DNA of 64,000 nucleotides. Source: an uncultured Candidatus Saccharibacteria bacterium (GTDB lineage: Bacteria; Patescibacteriota; Minisyncoccia; UBA6257; WO2-44-18). The stretch's first letter is position 1. Each line of letters opens with the position of its first letter. The notes under the pieces were generated by a model. The model was not told the DNA's origin. It saw nothing but the letters and a program-made list of their open reading frames with translations, and searched no databases. This document shows, piece by piece, positions 17,084 to 26,981 of this stretch. The position numbers and the translations under genes were made by a program. The DNA lies in NCBI GenBank assembly GCA_964373675.1, contig CAYJVO010000002.1:3054-67053 (forward strand), given 5' to 3'.

Positions 17084-17931
17084 ACTGCGCTATTTGTTCC
17101 GGAACAATCAATCAAAGTTATATTAAAAGAAATGGGGTGACTTTAATGCGCTGCTTGAAGTGTAAATTTGTCTTTATACCACAACAACTATACGATACCA
17201 ATCCTGCCTTGCAATATTTAAATGATACAACTTCACCGTCAGCGTACTATTCGACCACCGCTACGGTTGATAAGAAAAATTTCCAACGTACATTATCTCG
17301 GCTGGAACAATACATCGCTCCTGGAACGATTTTAGATATTGGCGCAAGTGTCGGCACCTTTTTGGATGTTGCTAAAAAACGCGGCTGGCATGGAATCGGC
17401 ATTGAACCAAATCCTAAAGCCGTGGCTATCGCGCGCTCTAAAGGACTGGAAATGCTGCAAGGCTTTTTTAATGATCAATGCCTTAAGGAACTCCAAAAAC
17501 AATTCCCTTCGGGTTTTGACGCAGTCCATATGGGCGATATTATTGAACATGTCTTTGAACCGCTGGAACTCCTTAGATTGGCACGTGCCATCTTAAAACC
17601 CGGTGGCTACCTCGCGATCGTAACGCCGGATATTGATACCCTACTGGCCAAAAAATACCAGATAAAACCCAAAGAACATCTTGTTTACTTTAATCGCAGC
17701 TCAATGGAGGAAGCGCTGAATAATGGTGGATTTAAAAAACAAATCATCAAGCGACAGACCAAGTTTCGCGACATTGCCAATATAGGTAAAGGAACAGTTT
17801 ATTTGGATCCACTATCTCGAATGATTTCACTTATTGCCAAAATCAAACCAATTGGCTTGGTAATAAATTTTATTGTTAGTCTTTTTCCCGAAGAACTACT
17901 CGTTATAGCTAGAAAGCCAGGGCAGAACTAA
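17080..17931 (+). CDS. class I SAM methyltransferase with N-terminal zinc-ribbon
   Basis: CAICSG...CLKCKF zinc ribbon, and ILDIGASVGTFLDVA as motif I. Confidence 0.65.
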   Translation: MNCAICSGTINQSYIKRNGVTLMRCLKCKFVFIPQQLYDTNPALQYLNDTTSPSAYYSTTATVDKKNFQRTLSRLEQYIAPGTILDIGASVGTFLDVAKKRGWHGIGIEPNPKAVAIARSKGLEMLQGFFNDQCLKELQKQFPSGFDAVHMGDIIEHVFEPLELLRLARAILKPGGYLAIVTPDIDTLLAKKYQIKPKEHLVYFNRSSMEEALNNGGFKKQIIKRQTKFRDIANIGKGTVYLDPLSRMISLIAKIKPIGLVINFIVSLFPEELLVIARKPGQN

Positions 17932-19139
17932 TTAGGAAAAATGGCTACATCATCAAAATAAGCAGTCCCCGCAGCAGGATCAAATTCCATCCTCAATTCA
18001 TCAAACTTATCTGCTGTACCATTATTTTGGAAACTCTCTTCCGGCGTAAAAGGACCATTATCAATCCTTACCCGATATTTATCGGTTACTAAATCAAAAG
18101 ATATAAATAGAGTATGCCAGGTATTAGGAAAATATTGACCGGCCAAAGTGCCGCCACCACTCCCAACTTCGCCGGCTGGCCTCATATGCACTGAAGCCTT
18201 AGCAATACCATTTTCCCTTAAAATAGCCACAAATTTTCCGCTGCTACTAGTAGTGCGTCTCATTCTAACGCTTAAAATTCCCTTTCCCGTAATTGGGGTA
18301 AATCTTCTATCAGCGGTTGCGGTGATACCTTGGTTCTCAACGGCTTTTAGGCCCTCAAAAACAACACTGTTTTGAACATTGTATGCGTTTGAACTCCACG
18401 CATTAGTCCACCCCGCGCCACTATTATTTCCATTAAGCGGTCCAATATCATAAATATCAAAATCATCGGACACTAATGGGGTTGGCGGCGGTGGTAATGG
18501 CGGTTCTCCGGTACCGCAATCCACAGATATAGTATTAAGGATGCCAGCAGAATTTACCGTTACTTTATGACAATTAGAGCCGTCGGTATCTTTGAGAATA
18601 ACGTCATTTAAAGTACCGACTTTGGTTATTTTAGTAAAAGGCCCGACTAAAAGATCATCATTGGTAATTGTGTTATCACCGATTGTTCCTCCGGTTCCCC
18701 CATTGACCGCATTAAGAGTTGATAATATTCCCAGTCCTAAAGATAGCCGTCCCGCCACCGCATCCAAATTAGCAGAATCACCATCCCACTGCCTTCTTTC
18801 ATTAAAGGCGGTATCCCAACCAAAAGCTTTGGCGCTCAAATCCAATCCATCTATTAAGCCGGATAATTTTATATCACCGAGAACGGAAAGATTGCCAGCT
18901 ATGTCCACTTTTTCTACCGGGGCATTCGTTCCTATGCCAACTTGATCGGTTTGGGTGGTTAACCTCACAACCGTTCCGCTATCTGTCCATCCCGCTGGAC
19001 CACCTTGAGCCGGAGCGCCAGCAGGGGGCCCCTGGGCCTCGACCAACTGTGTCTCATCGTTGCGTGAAGGAAAATAAATAAACGCCGCCACAATCAAAAC
19101 TACGACAGCGAGAGCTAATAAAAAGGAGTTTTTGGTCAT
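17928..19139 (-). CDS. secreted/membrane-anchored hypothetical protein (N-terminal TM, Gly/Pro-rich linker, beta-rich C-domain)
   Basis: MTKNSFLLALAVVVLIVAAF signal anchor followed by GPPAGAPAQGGPAGW. No catalytic motif recognised. Confidence 0.4.
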   Translation of the reverse strand: MTKNSFLLALAVVVLIVAAFIYFPSRNDETQLVEAQGPPAGAPAQGGPAGWTDSGTVVRLTTQTDQVGIGTNAPVEKVDIAGNLSVLGDIKLSGLIDGLDLSAKAFGWDTAFNERRQWDGDSANLDAVAGRLSLGLGILSTLNAVNGGTGGTIGDNTITNDDLLVGPFTKITKVGTLNDVILKDTDGSNCHKVTVNSAGILNTISVDCGTGEPPLPPPPTPLVSDDFDIYDIGPLNGNNSGAGWTNAWSSNAYNVQNSVVFEGLKAVENQGITATADRRFTPITGKGILSVRMRRTTSSSGKFVAILRENGIAKASVHMRPAGEVGSGGGTLAGQYFPNTWHTLFISFDLVTDKYRVRIDNGPFTPEESFQNNGTADKFDELRMEFDPAAGTAYFDDVAIFPN

Positions 19140-20239
19140 GAATTTAATGATAGCATTTTATTGTAAATAACGTTGTATAGCTGGGCAGTTTTCCCCCAAC
19201 TCATTGAACGCGCAAAAGAAATCGAATTTTTCGACATATCAAACCTCAAATCGGGATTAGATAATATTTTCTCCATAGCGGCTGAAGCGCTCTTTGGGTT
19301 CTGCGGACTTACCAAAATGCCGTTCTTCCCGTCCCTAACCGCGTCTTCCGCGCTAGTTTCTTTAGTAGTAATCACCGGCAATCCGGCGGCCGCCGCCTCC
19401 AAGAAAACCAGTCCAAAACCTTCAATGTCTTTGTTAACATCCTGCGGCATTAATATAAAAAGCTCGGCGTTTTTATAAACCGATATCAATTCTTCCTCCG
19501 ATAAATTTTCTAAAAAAACAACCCGATCTTGATACTTGATACTTGATACTTGCCGCTGAAGCGCTTCGTACTCCGGCCCTTTCCCGACAATCACGTATTT
19601 CAAACCTGGAAACTTCTTGGCTACTTCCGCGAATGCCGCGATTGAATATTCGTATCCTTTTCGTTGCTTTAATGTTCCAACGCTTAATATATAAGGTTTC
19701 AATTTCTGGACTTCCGATGTCCCAATATTGACGTCAATGGTTTGGACATCGGAAGTCCCTGATATTGATTCGAATTTTGTAAAATCAACGCCGTGATTAA
19801 TAACAGAGATTTCCAAATCCGGCAAAAATTTCTGGATTTCTCTTTTGGTATTATTACTAACCGCTATTACCCTAAACGCTCTTTTATACGCCCATTTCAT
19901 AATCGGCCGTCTCCACCAGCTGTAAAACGGCTTAACCGCCCCGGTGCCAATGCCGGTTATAATTAGTTTTTTTCTTGATCCTAAAGATACTATGGCCGCA
20001 ATCACGCCATATGGCCAGCCATCCAAGGCATGAATAATATCGCAATATTTAAAGGCTCGACGAATACAGAAATAGAAAAAAGGTAATTGCCAACATTTTT
20101 TCGGCAAACCGCTATCATGAGTTAAAACTTCATATTGAAAATCTGGAACAATCTTTTCAAGAGCGCTGATTAGCGAATGATAAAACCGCCCGGCGCCAGT
20201 TTTATCGCTTAAATCATGATTAAGATAACAAATTTTCAT
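19136..20239 (-). CDS. GT4-family glycosyltransferase
   Basis: YVIVGKGPEYEAL...FGLVFLEAAAAGLPVITT is the GT4 C-domain signature. A heptamer-repeat-encoded loop (QVSSIKYQ) is present. Confidence 0.8.
   Translation of the reverse strand: MKICYLNHDLSDKTGAGRFYHSLISALEKIVPDFQYEVLTHDSGLPKKCWQLPFFYFCIRRAFKYCDIIHALDGWPYGVIAAIVSLGSRKKLIITGIGTGAVKPFYSWWRRPIMKWAYKRAFRVIAVSNNTKREIQKFLPDLEISVINHGVDFTKFESISGTSDVQTIDVNIGTSEVQKLKPYILSVGTLKQRKGYEYSIAAFAEVAKKFPGLKYVIVGKGPEYEALQRQVSSIKYQDRVVFLENLSEEELISVYKNAELFILMPQDVNKDIEGFGLVFLEAAAAGLPVITTKETSAEDAVRDGKNGILVSPQNPKSASAAMEKILSNPDLRFDMSKNSISFARSMSWGKTAQLYNVIYNKMLSLNS
19528..19552. repeat. heptamer tandem array (CTTGATA x3.5) inside GT4 CDS
   Basis: CTTGATACTTGATACTTGATACTTG. 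It is in-frame and encodes QVSSIKYQ. Confidence 0.8.
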
Positions 20240-20518
20240 CCCGTTAGAGACAGGGAGCGTTTTAATCGATTTTTGATATATCGCTTTCCCATGCCTGATT
20301 TTAAATATAGTTCCCTCGACTTTGCGTCTTGTTCATTTTCGCATGCTTCAAAATATATTAATTCCCAAGGTCCACGATTTTTAGTGAAGCCATGTAAATC
20401 ACTGTTGCGTTATTTAAAACGCTTCCGTAAATCTGCCGTATATCCTGTATACCATTGTCTATTCTTTTTGCTTTGTAAAACATAAACATAATAAAACATT
20501 ATTGTCTCTAACGGGATC
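20237..20518. mobile_element. inverted-repeat cassette, family B copy 2 (CATCCCGTTAGAGACAG ... TTGTCTCTAACGGGATC)
   Basis: Arms at 20237-20253 and 20502-20518. The left-arm CAT is the start codon of the GT4 gene. The right arm abuts the stop codon of the next methyltransferase gene. The interior is 248 bp and AT-rich. Confidence 0.6.
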
Positions 20519-21242
20519 ATCGTTGTAAAATATAAATAATCTTTGCCCCCCAGCGGTTTTCTAAATAATTCCTCAATGGTCTGCTGAAAGAGACCAATCG
20601 GTAAACCAATTTCCGCAATCGTCCTCTAAGCCCGTCAAAAATCCGTGGAGTGATAAAATACTCTCTGTCCACTAATTGAAAATATTTAAGAACTGTCTTT
20701 TTAAAAATTGCCGGGGTTAAAATCGTAATATGATTATTACGTTCATGATAAGCGGGAAACTCGCCATGCTGTAAAAAATATTGGCGATTTACGGGAGAAG
20801 CCACATTGATAGAGGACATTATCAGCAAACCGCCGGGCTTGAGAACCCGCCGCGCTTCGCGGATAAAATTATGAGGATTTTCCAAATGCGGGATCAAACA
20901 CCAGCCAGTAACCACATCAAAAAATTTATCCGGCCAAGGAATAGATTGAAAGCTTAAATCAGCAGTTTTAAATTCTTTTAAAAAACTAACTCTTTCCGGA
21001 TTGAGATAATTACCGATATCCACGCCATAAATATTTCGGTAACCAGCTCCATGAACAGCCGAGATGAATCCGCCGCTCGCCGCGCCGCAATCCAAAACCG
21101 CGGCTCCATAGAGAGGGCCGACATATTTTTGAAAAACCTCTAAGCCCCTGCCGCGGCGAATGGTCGGCCCGGTAAATTTACTTAGCCGTTCTTTAACTGT
21201 TTCATGATGCTTTTTAAGTTCTTCAGGAGATAGGTACTGCAT
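20517..21242 (-). CDS. class I SAM-dependent methyltransferase
   Basis: VLDCGAASGGF is motif I. It is paralogous to the next gene. Confidence 0.7.
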   Translation of the reverse strand: MQYLSPEELKKHHETVKERLSKFTGPTIRRGRGLEVFQKYVGPLYGAAVLDCGAASGGFISAVHGAGYRNIYGVDIGNYLNPERVSFLKEFKTADLSFQSIPWPDKFFDVVTGWCLIPHLENPHNFIREARRVLKPGGLLIMSSINVASPVNRQYFLQHGEFPAYHERNNHITILTPAIFKKTVLKYFQLVDREYFITPRIFDGLRGRLRKLVYRLVSFSRPLRNYLENRWGAKIIYILQR

Positions 21243-21252
21243 AGATTCTAAA

Positions 21253-21933
21253 TTACTTCTTTCTTAACACATAATAAATATAGCGGCCAAACCATTGATT
21301 TGCCGGAAGGATTTTTTTAAGCAGTTTATTCAAAAATAAAAATTTAAATTCTGATTTTGAATATTCGGTTGTCACTAAATCAAAATACTTCAAAAAAGTC
21401 TTTTTAAAAATTGCGCGGGTAAAAAATGTAATGTGATTATCGCCTTCCAAAAAATGATAAATATCGCCGCGCCAGAAAAAGAGCAGCCGATTCAAAATAT
21501 GAAATGGGTTTGGAGTGGAAATAATAAATATCCCGCCCGATTTTAAAACCCGAAACACTTCCCGTCCGAAAAAATAAGGATTCTCTAGGTGCTCAACCAG
21601 TTGGGAAGCTATTACTCCGTCAAAATGACTATCCGGCCACGGCAATTTATCCAAGCATAAATCAGCTTTAGAAAATTCGAATTTCTTGGCCGGCTCAGAA
21701 CGATAATCATCAATGTCCGCGCCAGTCAAATTCTGATAACCGGCTTCCGAAAACTGCGAAAGCAGGGAGCCATCGGCTGATCCGCAGTCTAAAATCGGCC
21801 GCGAACGATCGGGCAAATATTTTTCCGCTAAACCTAAAATCTTGCCGCTGCGAATATCCCAACTGGAACGCTGCTGCAGATGCAATAGCTCATTTTGTCT
21901 ATTTTTTATTTCATCTGGATCAAGGTATTTCAT
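21253..21933 (-). CDS. class I SAM-dependent methyltransferase (paralog of 20517-21242)
   Basis: ILDCGSADGSLL is motif I. The conserved C-terminal block (LENP...GG...I.S, NHIT...AIFKKT.LKYF.LV..EY) is shared with the neighbour. The longest ORF starts MCGM... inside the cassette arm, so the Met at 21933 is preferred. Confidence 0.7.
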   Translation of the reverse strand: MKYLDPDEIKNRQNELLHLQQRSSWDIRSGKILGLAEKYLPDRSRPILDCGSADGSLLSQFSEAGYQNLTGADIDDYRSEPAKKFEFSKADLCLDKLPWPDSHFDGVIASQLVEHLENPYFFGREVFRVLKSGGIFIISTPNPFHILNRLLFFWRGDIYHFLEGDNHITFFTRAIFKKTFLKYFDLVTTEYSKSEFKFLFLNKLLKKILPANQWFGRYIYYVLRKK

Positions 21934-22042
21934 CCCGCACATAACTAAGACTGCAGCAACGCTGCAATCCTATTTTAACTTTTTAACTTTTTTCACCATA
22001 ATATATCTAATTTTTAAAATAGTCTTAGTTATGTATGGGATG
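21931..22042. mobile_element. inverted-repeat cassette, family A copy 2 (CATCCCGCACATAACTAAGACT ... AGTCTTAGTTATGTATGGGATG)
   Basis: 22-bp terminal inverted repeats with a 68-bp AT-rich interior that has promoter-like hexamers. Both termini present an outward ATG. The left one is the MTase start codon. Confidence 0.65.
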
Positions 22043-23383
22043 CAATATAAGATTGGCCAAGCGTTCTCCTGATTTGCCATCCAACCATACACAGGCATTT
22101 TTAGCAATTGCACTATTTCCTTCTCTGCCAATAGAAGGATTGGCTAAATAATATCTTGCCAACTCAACTAATTCCTGCGGACTGCGGGCAATTTTAAGCG
22201 AGCCCTGATTAATAACTGCTTGCTGATGTTCATATTCATAATACCGTCTTAAACTGTCCCAAAAGGGCTTTGGTTTTTCTCCGTCAAGGCCAATTAGCAC
22301 GATGGGTTTATTGAAAATCGCGGCGTCCAAAACAATGCTTGAGGGGCTTGTGACTGCCACATCGCTATGGTAGATCAGATCGGCCAGATGTTCATCATCG
22401 CCGCGGCGTAGTAAGGATTCTTCCAATCGGGCCGCGCTTTTAGGAATGTCAAAAACCATATACGGCGGCGGAGTAAAATCGCTTATTTCCGCTCCTCCAA
22501 AAATCGGAAAGCGCACCACTACCTGTTCTCCAACGCCGGCTAAAATCTTCAATAAATATTTATTAAAAGAAGTGTCGCCGGTCCAAATATCACTCGGCGG
22601 AGTCACAAAAATCAATTTCCGATTCGGATCTAATTTCAGTTTTTCAAAAAATTCTTTGCGAGGCGTTCGTTTTCCTAAAATGTAATGATCGTAGTGAGGA
22701 TACCCCACCACTGCTGTCACATCAGCAGGCACACTGTGATATTTAACAGCCCAATCTTTAATCTGATTATTCTGCACCGCTAAGATATCTGGTAAGGTAC
22801 GCAGCAATCCCTTAGTTGTCATGGCGTCCCAAGAACGACTCATCGCAATGCTTTTAATACCTTTTCTTCTAGATTCTCTGACTAAATAAGTGTCACTGTA
22901 CTCCTGAACTCGCAAATCCTGAATGTCAGTAGCAAAAACTAACTGCGGCTGGTATTTGGCAAACAGGGCGTCATAGCCGCCAGCCGGTACTAACCAATAA
23001 TCAAGCCAGCGAAAAAATTTTCTGACTAATCCAAAACTGCCCAACCAGCTCAGAAAAGAAGTGAACCAATAGCGCAAATAATTGCGATCTTTCCCTAACT
23101 GCACCAGCTTATGAATTTTTTTGCTGCGATTATGCAGTAAATTCCACGATAAAACGTGAAATAAGAGATTGATTTTAGAGAGAGGACGAAACGGCACTTC
23201 CTCCACAATTATATTGCCTCCCCCAAACTCTTTTTGAAAAAATTCTCCCTTTTTCTCTGGTACTAAAAGTACAATTCTAAGATTTGGCTGACTTTTTAAC
23301 AAAGCAAAGGCGTCGGTCTCCAGTATATTACGGACAACCAGATTGAAAAAACCGGTAAAGAAAATTGTTTTGGGAGGATTCAT
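22025..23383 (-). CDS. TagF-like/capsule-biosynthesis glycerophospho- or glycosyl-transferase family protein
   Basis: 452 aa, paralogous in architecture to 3689-5104 (FNKPIVLIG vs FDKPIINIG C-terminal block). Confidence 0.5.
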   Translation of the reverse strand: MNPPKTIFFTGFFNLVVRNILETDAFALLKSQPNLRIVLLVPEKKGEFFQKEFGGGNIIVEEVPFRPLSKINLLFHVLSWNLLHNRSKKIHKLVQLGKDRNYLRYWFTSFLSWLGSFGLVRKFFRWLDYWLVPAGGYDALFAKYQPQLVFATDIQDLRVQEYSDTYLVRESRRKGIKSIAMSRSWDAMTTKGLLRTLPDILAVQNNQIKDWAVKYHSVPADVTAVVGYPHYDHYILGKRTPRKEFFEKLKLDPNRKLIFVTPPSDIWTGDTSFNKYLLKILAGVGEQVVVRFPIFGGAEISDFTPPPYMVFDIPKSAARLEESLLRRGDDEHLADLIYHSDVAVTSPSSIVLDAAIFNKPIVLIGLDGEKPKPFWDSLRRYYEYEHQQAVINQGSLKIARSPQELVELARYYLANPSIGREGNSAIAKNACVWLDGKSGERLANLILHPIHN

Positions 23384-24765
23384 TTGCCTATAAATAACTT
23401 CTTACCGATGCGCCAAAAATTTAATAAAAACTCCTTATCTTTATGCCCAAAAACAAACAGATTTTTAGCTTTAAAACGGAACTCCGGGTATTTTTTAATC
23501 AATTCCGAATAAAAAAAGACAGTGCGCTCCAAATAAGTTGCGGCATAAACTAAGCCGGATCCCACAACCCCAAAAATAGGCAAGAAAATAACAGACCCGA
23601 CGGGAATAACCAGCACCTCGTTGATAAACCGCATCGCCAGCACCCGGTGTTCACGAAGGACGCTAAGCAACATTTTTAGAATTTTATATACGCCAAACAA
23701 AGGCAAAGCAAAAAGCATAACGCGGAAAATTGGAATCGCGGGCGCGTATTGTGGAAAAACCCATACCACTAAAGGAGGAACGGCTACTACGCCGATGATC
23801 AAAAAACTAATACCGAGCCAAACAGCGTACTTGGCTGACTGTTTAAAAATGTAGCTTAACTCATCGCGACGATCGGCTTTAAGCGCCACGATAGGCGCAA
23901 GCCCATCCAAAGGCATCAAACCCTCCATAAAGGCTACTAGATTTACGGCCAGCGAGTAAAAAGCGACCGCCTCGGTGTTAATAAAGACTTTTACGAACCA
24001 AGGCATGGTATTTTTTGTTACTCGGGAAAACGCGTAGCGGAGCATCGCCCATTTGCCGTAAGTCTTCATCAGGGGGCCTATAATGCCCTGAGAATAAATT
24101 TTCACCGAACTGAAAGCGGCGCGATATCTCTTTATAAATGCCGAAAAGAAAAGCACCGTAAACGCCGCCGCTTCTCCGATTACATGGATCGCAATTACTT
24201 CCACAATGGTAAACTGATACCAGAAAATGGCGGCGATAATTAAAATTAGTTTGGCCGCTTCGCGAACAGCCGGCACGCTCTGATACGAGAAAGAAATTAC
24301 TGATTTTAAAAAAGTAGCGGTGACGCCTTCCAGCGCCCTGATAAGAATTAGGGCGCTCACAATCTTTACAAAAAGGGCAATATCTTGATCGTACCAATGC
24401 GCAATTATTTCCGAGCCGAAAAATACCGCAACGGTCATCAAGGCCGCAAAACCAACCTTAAAAATTACCAATTCCCCAAAAAGACGCTTTGCCCGATCCG
24501 GCTGCTCCGTGTTGAAATAACGCCGAATGTCCACCCCCACCACCGAATCAATAAACTGAAAAATATTCACGCTCTGAAGAATAGCAACGAACGAAAGCAA
24601 CAGCTGATAAAGGCCAAATTGGAAAATACTTAAGGACTTAATGATAAAAAATGAATTTAATAATCCGGCTGCTGTCGCGGCAGTACCATAAAACCGTTTC
24701 AGTGTTTCACCTTTAAGAAAATAATGCGAAAGCGGCTTTTTTTGATCTTTGGGATTAATAATCAT
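23380..24765 (-). CDS. polysaccharide flippase (Wzx-like, MOP superfamily)
   Basis: 461 aa with about 12-14 predicted TM helices. Sits among GT genes. Confidence 0.6.
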   Translation of the reverse strand: MIINPKDQKKPLSHYFLKGETLKRFYGTAATAAGLLNSFFIIKSLSIFQFGLYQLLLSFVAILQSVNIFQFIDSVVGVDIRRYFNTEQPDRAKRLFGELVIFKVGFAALMTVAVFFGSEIIAHWYDQDIALFVKIVSALILIRALEGVTATFLKSVISFSYQSVPAVREAAKLILIIAAIFWYQFTIVEVIAIHVIGEAAAFTVLFFSAFIKRYRAAFSSVKIYSQGIIGPLMKTYGKWAMLRYAFSRVTKNTMPWFVKVFINTEAVAFYSLAVNLVAFMEGLMPLDGLAPIVALKADRRDELSYIFKQSAKYAVWLGISFLIIGVVAVPPLVVWVFPQYAPAIPIFRVMLFALPLFGVYKILKMLLSVLREHRVLAMRFINEVLVIPVGSVIFLPIFGVVGSGLVYAATYLERTVFFYSELIKKYPEFRFKAKNLFVFGHKDKEFLLNFWRIGKKLFIGK

Positions 24766-25836
24766 TTATACGAAAACTTTTATTAGTTTTTCTATGAGGG
24801 TGGGTAAATTATGCCTCTCAATGATTAAGGTCCTCAGGCGTTTACCTATTTGTTTACGCTCTTCTTCGTTCAATATTATTAAATTTAAAATTTTATGCGC
24901 TAAATCAATCGGGTCCTGCGACTTAAACATTAATAAACGATCAAGATCGTGCGGGAAAATTTCTTTAAACGTCTCATTAGTTACTAATACCGGCAATTCG
25001 CAAGCCATCGCCTCTAAAGTAGTCTTATCAAAACTGCCAGTGCGCGTCAGGTTTACAAAAAGGTCGTGTTCATTGTAGATAATAACAGTCTGATAATTGG
25101 GGACCTTCGGACGAAATTCCACTAATGCCGGGAGATTCAATTCTTGTATTAAATTTTTAATTTTTTCATAATATTCTTTTTCATCCGGTTTGCCCGGCGT
25201 CGGCTCGCCAACGATCGTCAAACTAACATCTGACTTTGACTGTTGAATTATTGCCAGAGCGCGCAATAAAGTCTCTAAATCCTTTACCGGCGCAATCCTC
25301 CCTAAAAAAAGAACTTTGAACTTTGAACTTTGAACTTTGAACTTGAGCGGCTCAAACCGCTCTGTGTCTATTCCCTGCTGCAAAATCGTTAATTTTTTAC
25401 TTCTCAGCGGATAAGCCAGCCGAGTTGAGGTAACGATTTGATCTGCGAGCCAAGCGGCAAGCCGTAGTTTTAAATTAGCAAGATAATGCGCATACCACAG
25501 AATTATTTTTTTACCCCACAACTTCCAGAAAACTCCGCCTAAAATAATATATTCTGGATTCATATGCACAAAAACAGCGTCGTAATCATTCCTCAATCGC
25601 CAAATATATTTATAAAATCTCAAAATATAAATTAACCGTCGCATCCAATTCCTAATTCCTTCTTTACCCAACGAATACACCTTTACACTCTCCGGTAATT
25701 CCGCTCGGCCACGATAAAGACAAATCACCGAGATTTGTTTAACTCGCTGTGCCAATTCCTCAATCCAACGGTGATAGATGCCTAAAACATCATCATCTTT
25801 GTCTACTTTTTGGGTGATGAATAACAATCTTGCCAT
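24766..25836 (-). CDS. GT4-family glycosyltransferase
   Basis: FLGRIAPVKDLETL...NLPALVEFRPKV. A heptamer-encoded loop (KFKVQSSKFK) is present. Confidence 0.75.
   Translation of the reverse strand: MARLLFITQKVDKDDDVLGIYHRWIEELAQRVKQISVICLYRGRAELPESVKVYSLGKEGIRNWMRRLIYILRFYKYIWRLRNDYDAVFVHMNPEYIILGGVFWKLWGKKIILWYAHYLANLKLRLAAWLADQIVTSTRLAYPLRSKKLTILQQGIDTERFEPLKFKVQSSKFKVLFLGRIAPVKDLETLLRALAIIQQSKSDVSLTIVGEPTPGKPDEKEYYEKIKNLIQELNLPALVEFRPKVPNYQTVIIYNEHDLFVNLTRTGSFDKTTLEAMACELPVLVTNETFKEIFPHDLDRLLMFKSQDPIDLAHKILNLIILNEEERKQIGKRLRTLIIERHNLPTLIEKLIKVFV
25311..25346. repeat. heptamer tandem array (GAACTTT x5) inside GT4 CDS
   Basis: GAACTTTGAACTTTGAACTTTGAACTTTGAACTTGA. It is in-frame. Confidence 0.85.
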
Positions 25837-26975
25837 GATTTTTTAATTGCATCTAAATACTGCTGCTTAGTTGGCCAATTTTTTAAAAGGTTATTCTGCC
25901 CATCAATAACTCTCCTTCGTTCCGCGGGATTGGCTATTAACTCTTCTAAAACCTCGATGAGCCGCTTTTTGTCGCCTACCGGCACCACTCGGCCAATAGC
26001 CGCACCGACATCGGTCATAACCACCGGCAGACCGGCCGCCGCCGCCTCAACCGCCGCCAGACCGTAACCTTCGTAGTTGGAGGTCAATAAAAATAAATCC
26101 GCGGTCTTGTAATAAGAAATCAGATCATCCGTCCAGGGCTCAATAATTGCGTTATTTTGCAATTTTAAATTTTCAATTTTAAATTTTAAATTTTGGCGTT
26201 CCGGACCATCGCCAACGATCAATAACAAAGGATTTCCGACGCTTGATGCCTGACGCTTGACGCGATTAAACGCCTCGATTGCTAATCCGATATTTTTCTC
26301 TCGCGACAATCGAGAGGCCACGAGAATAATAAAATTGTGGCTCGGATATTTTCTGTGAAGATCGATCTTGATTGGAGATTTTTTTATTTTTTTAACGTCA
26401 ACAAAAATTGGCCGCACTTCAATTTTGGACTCGGGATAATCAATTTGCGAAATAACGGATTTTTTAATCCGATCACTAACTACCCGCAGGCGGTCGGCCT
26501 TTTTAATTAAAAACTTCGCCAGCAAAACCCGGATTTTATTCTTTAATGACTCCTTCGCGAAATACGGGCTTAAAAAATCCGTATGCGCTTGAAGCTCTAA
26601 CGGAATTTTGAATTTCTTTTTCAGAGGATAGCCCACTAAGCCGGTCTCAAAAGGATCCTGCGCCGTTACTAGATAATCCGAATGCTTCAAGCTTTTATCC
26701 GAATTATCCGAACTCAAAATATATTTGGCGATTTTGTAGGCATCCCAAAAATAAAAAGGCTTGAGGCGCGTATTGGTGGAATAAATCCAAGCGTTCGCAG
26801 TTATTGCTTTTTTGTTCGGGGCATTCGGATAGCGGTTCGTATTATTCGGATTATCTTTTGTGTAAACTATGATGTGCAGCTCCTCGACAAGTTGAGCGTA
26901 CTCAATCATCCTCTGCCGAACAGCCGAGTTTTCTTTAAAAATATTTGAATCTGCTGATAACATTAAAAGCCGCAT
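25803..26975 (-). CDS. GT4-family glycosyltransferase
   Basis: LLLIVGDGPERQNL...GYGLAAVEAAAAGLPVVMTDVGA is the GT4 signature. Confidence 0.75.
   Translation of the reverse strand: MRLLMLSADSNIFKENSAVRQRMIEYAQLVEELHIIVYTKDNPNNTNRYPNAPNKKAITANAWIYSTNTRLKPFYFWDAYKIAKYILSSDNSDKSLKHSDYLVTAQDPFETGLVGYPLKKKFKIPLELQAHTDFLSPYFAKESLKNKIRVLLAKFLIKKADRLRVVSDRIKKSVISQIDYPESKIEVRPIFVDVKKIKKSPIKIDLHRKYPSHNFIILVASRLSREKNIGLAIEAFNRVKRQASSVGNPLLLIVGDGPERQNLKFKIENLKLQNNAIIEPWTDDLISYYKTADLFLLTSNYEGYGLAAVEAAAAGLPVVMTDVGAAIGRVVPVGDKKRLIEVLEELIANPAERRRVIDGQNNLLKNWPTKQQYLDAIKKSWQDCYSSPKK
26161..26194. repeat. heptamer tandem array (AATTTTA x5) inside GT4 CDS
   Basis: AATTTTAAATTTTCAATTTTAAATTTTAAATTTTG. It encodes LKFKIENLKLQN. 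Confidence 0.85.
26240..26264. repeat. degenerate heptamer array (GCTTGAT/GCCTGAC/GCTTGAC) inside GT4 CDS
   Basis: GCTTGATGCCTGACGCTTGACGCG. Confidence 0.6.
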
Positions 26976-26981
26976 ATTTAA

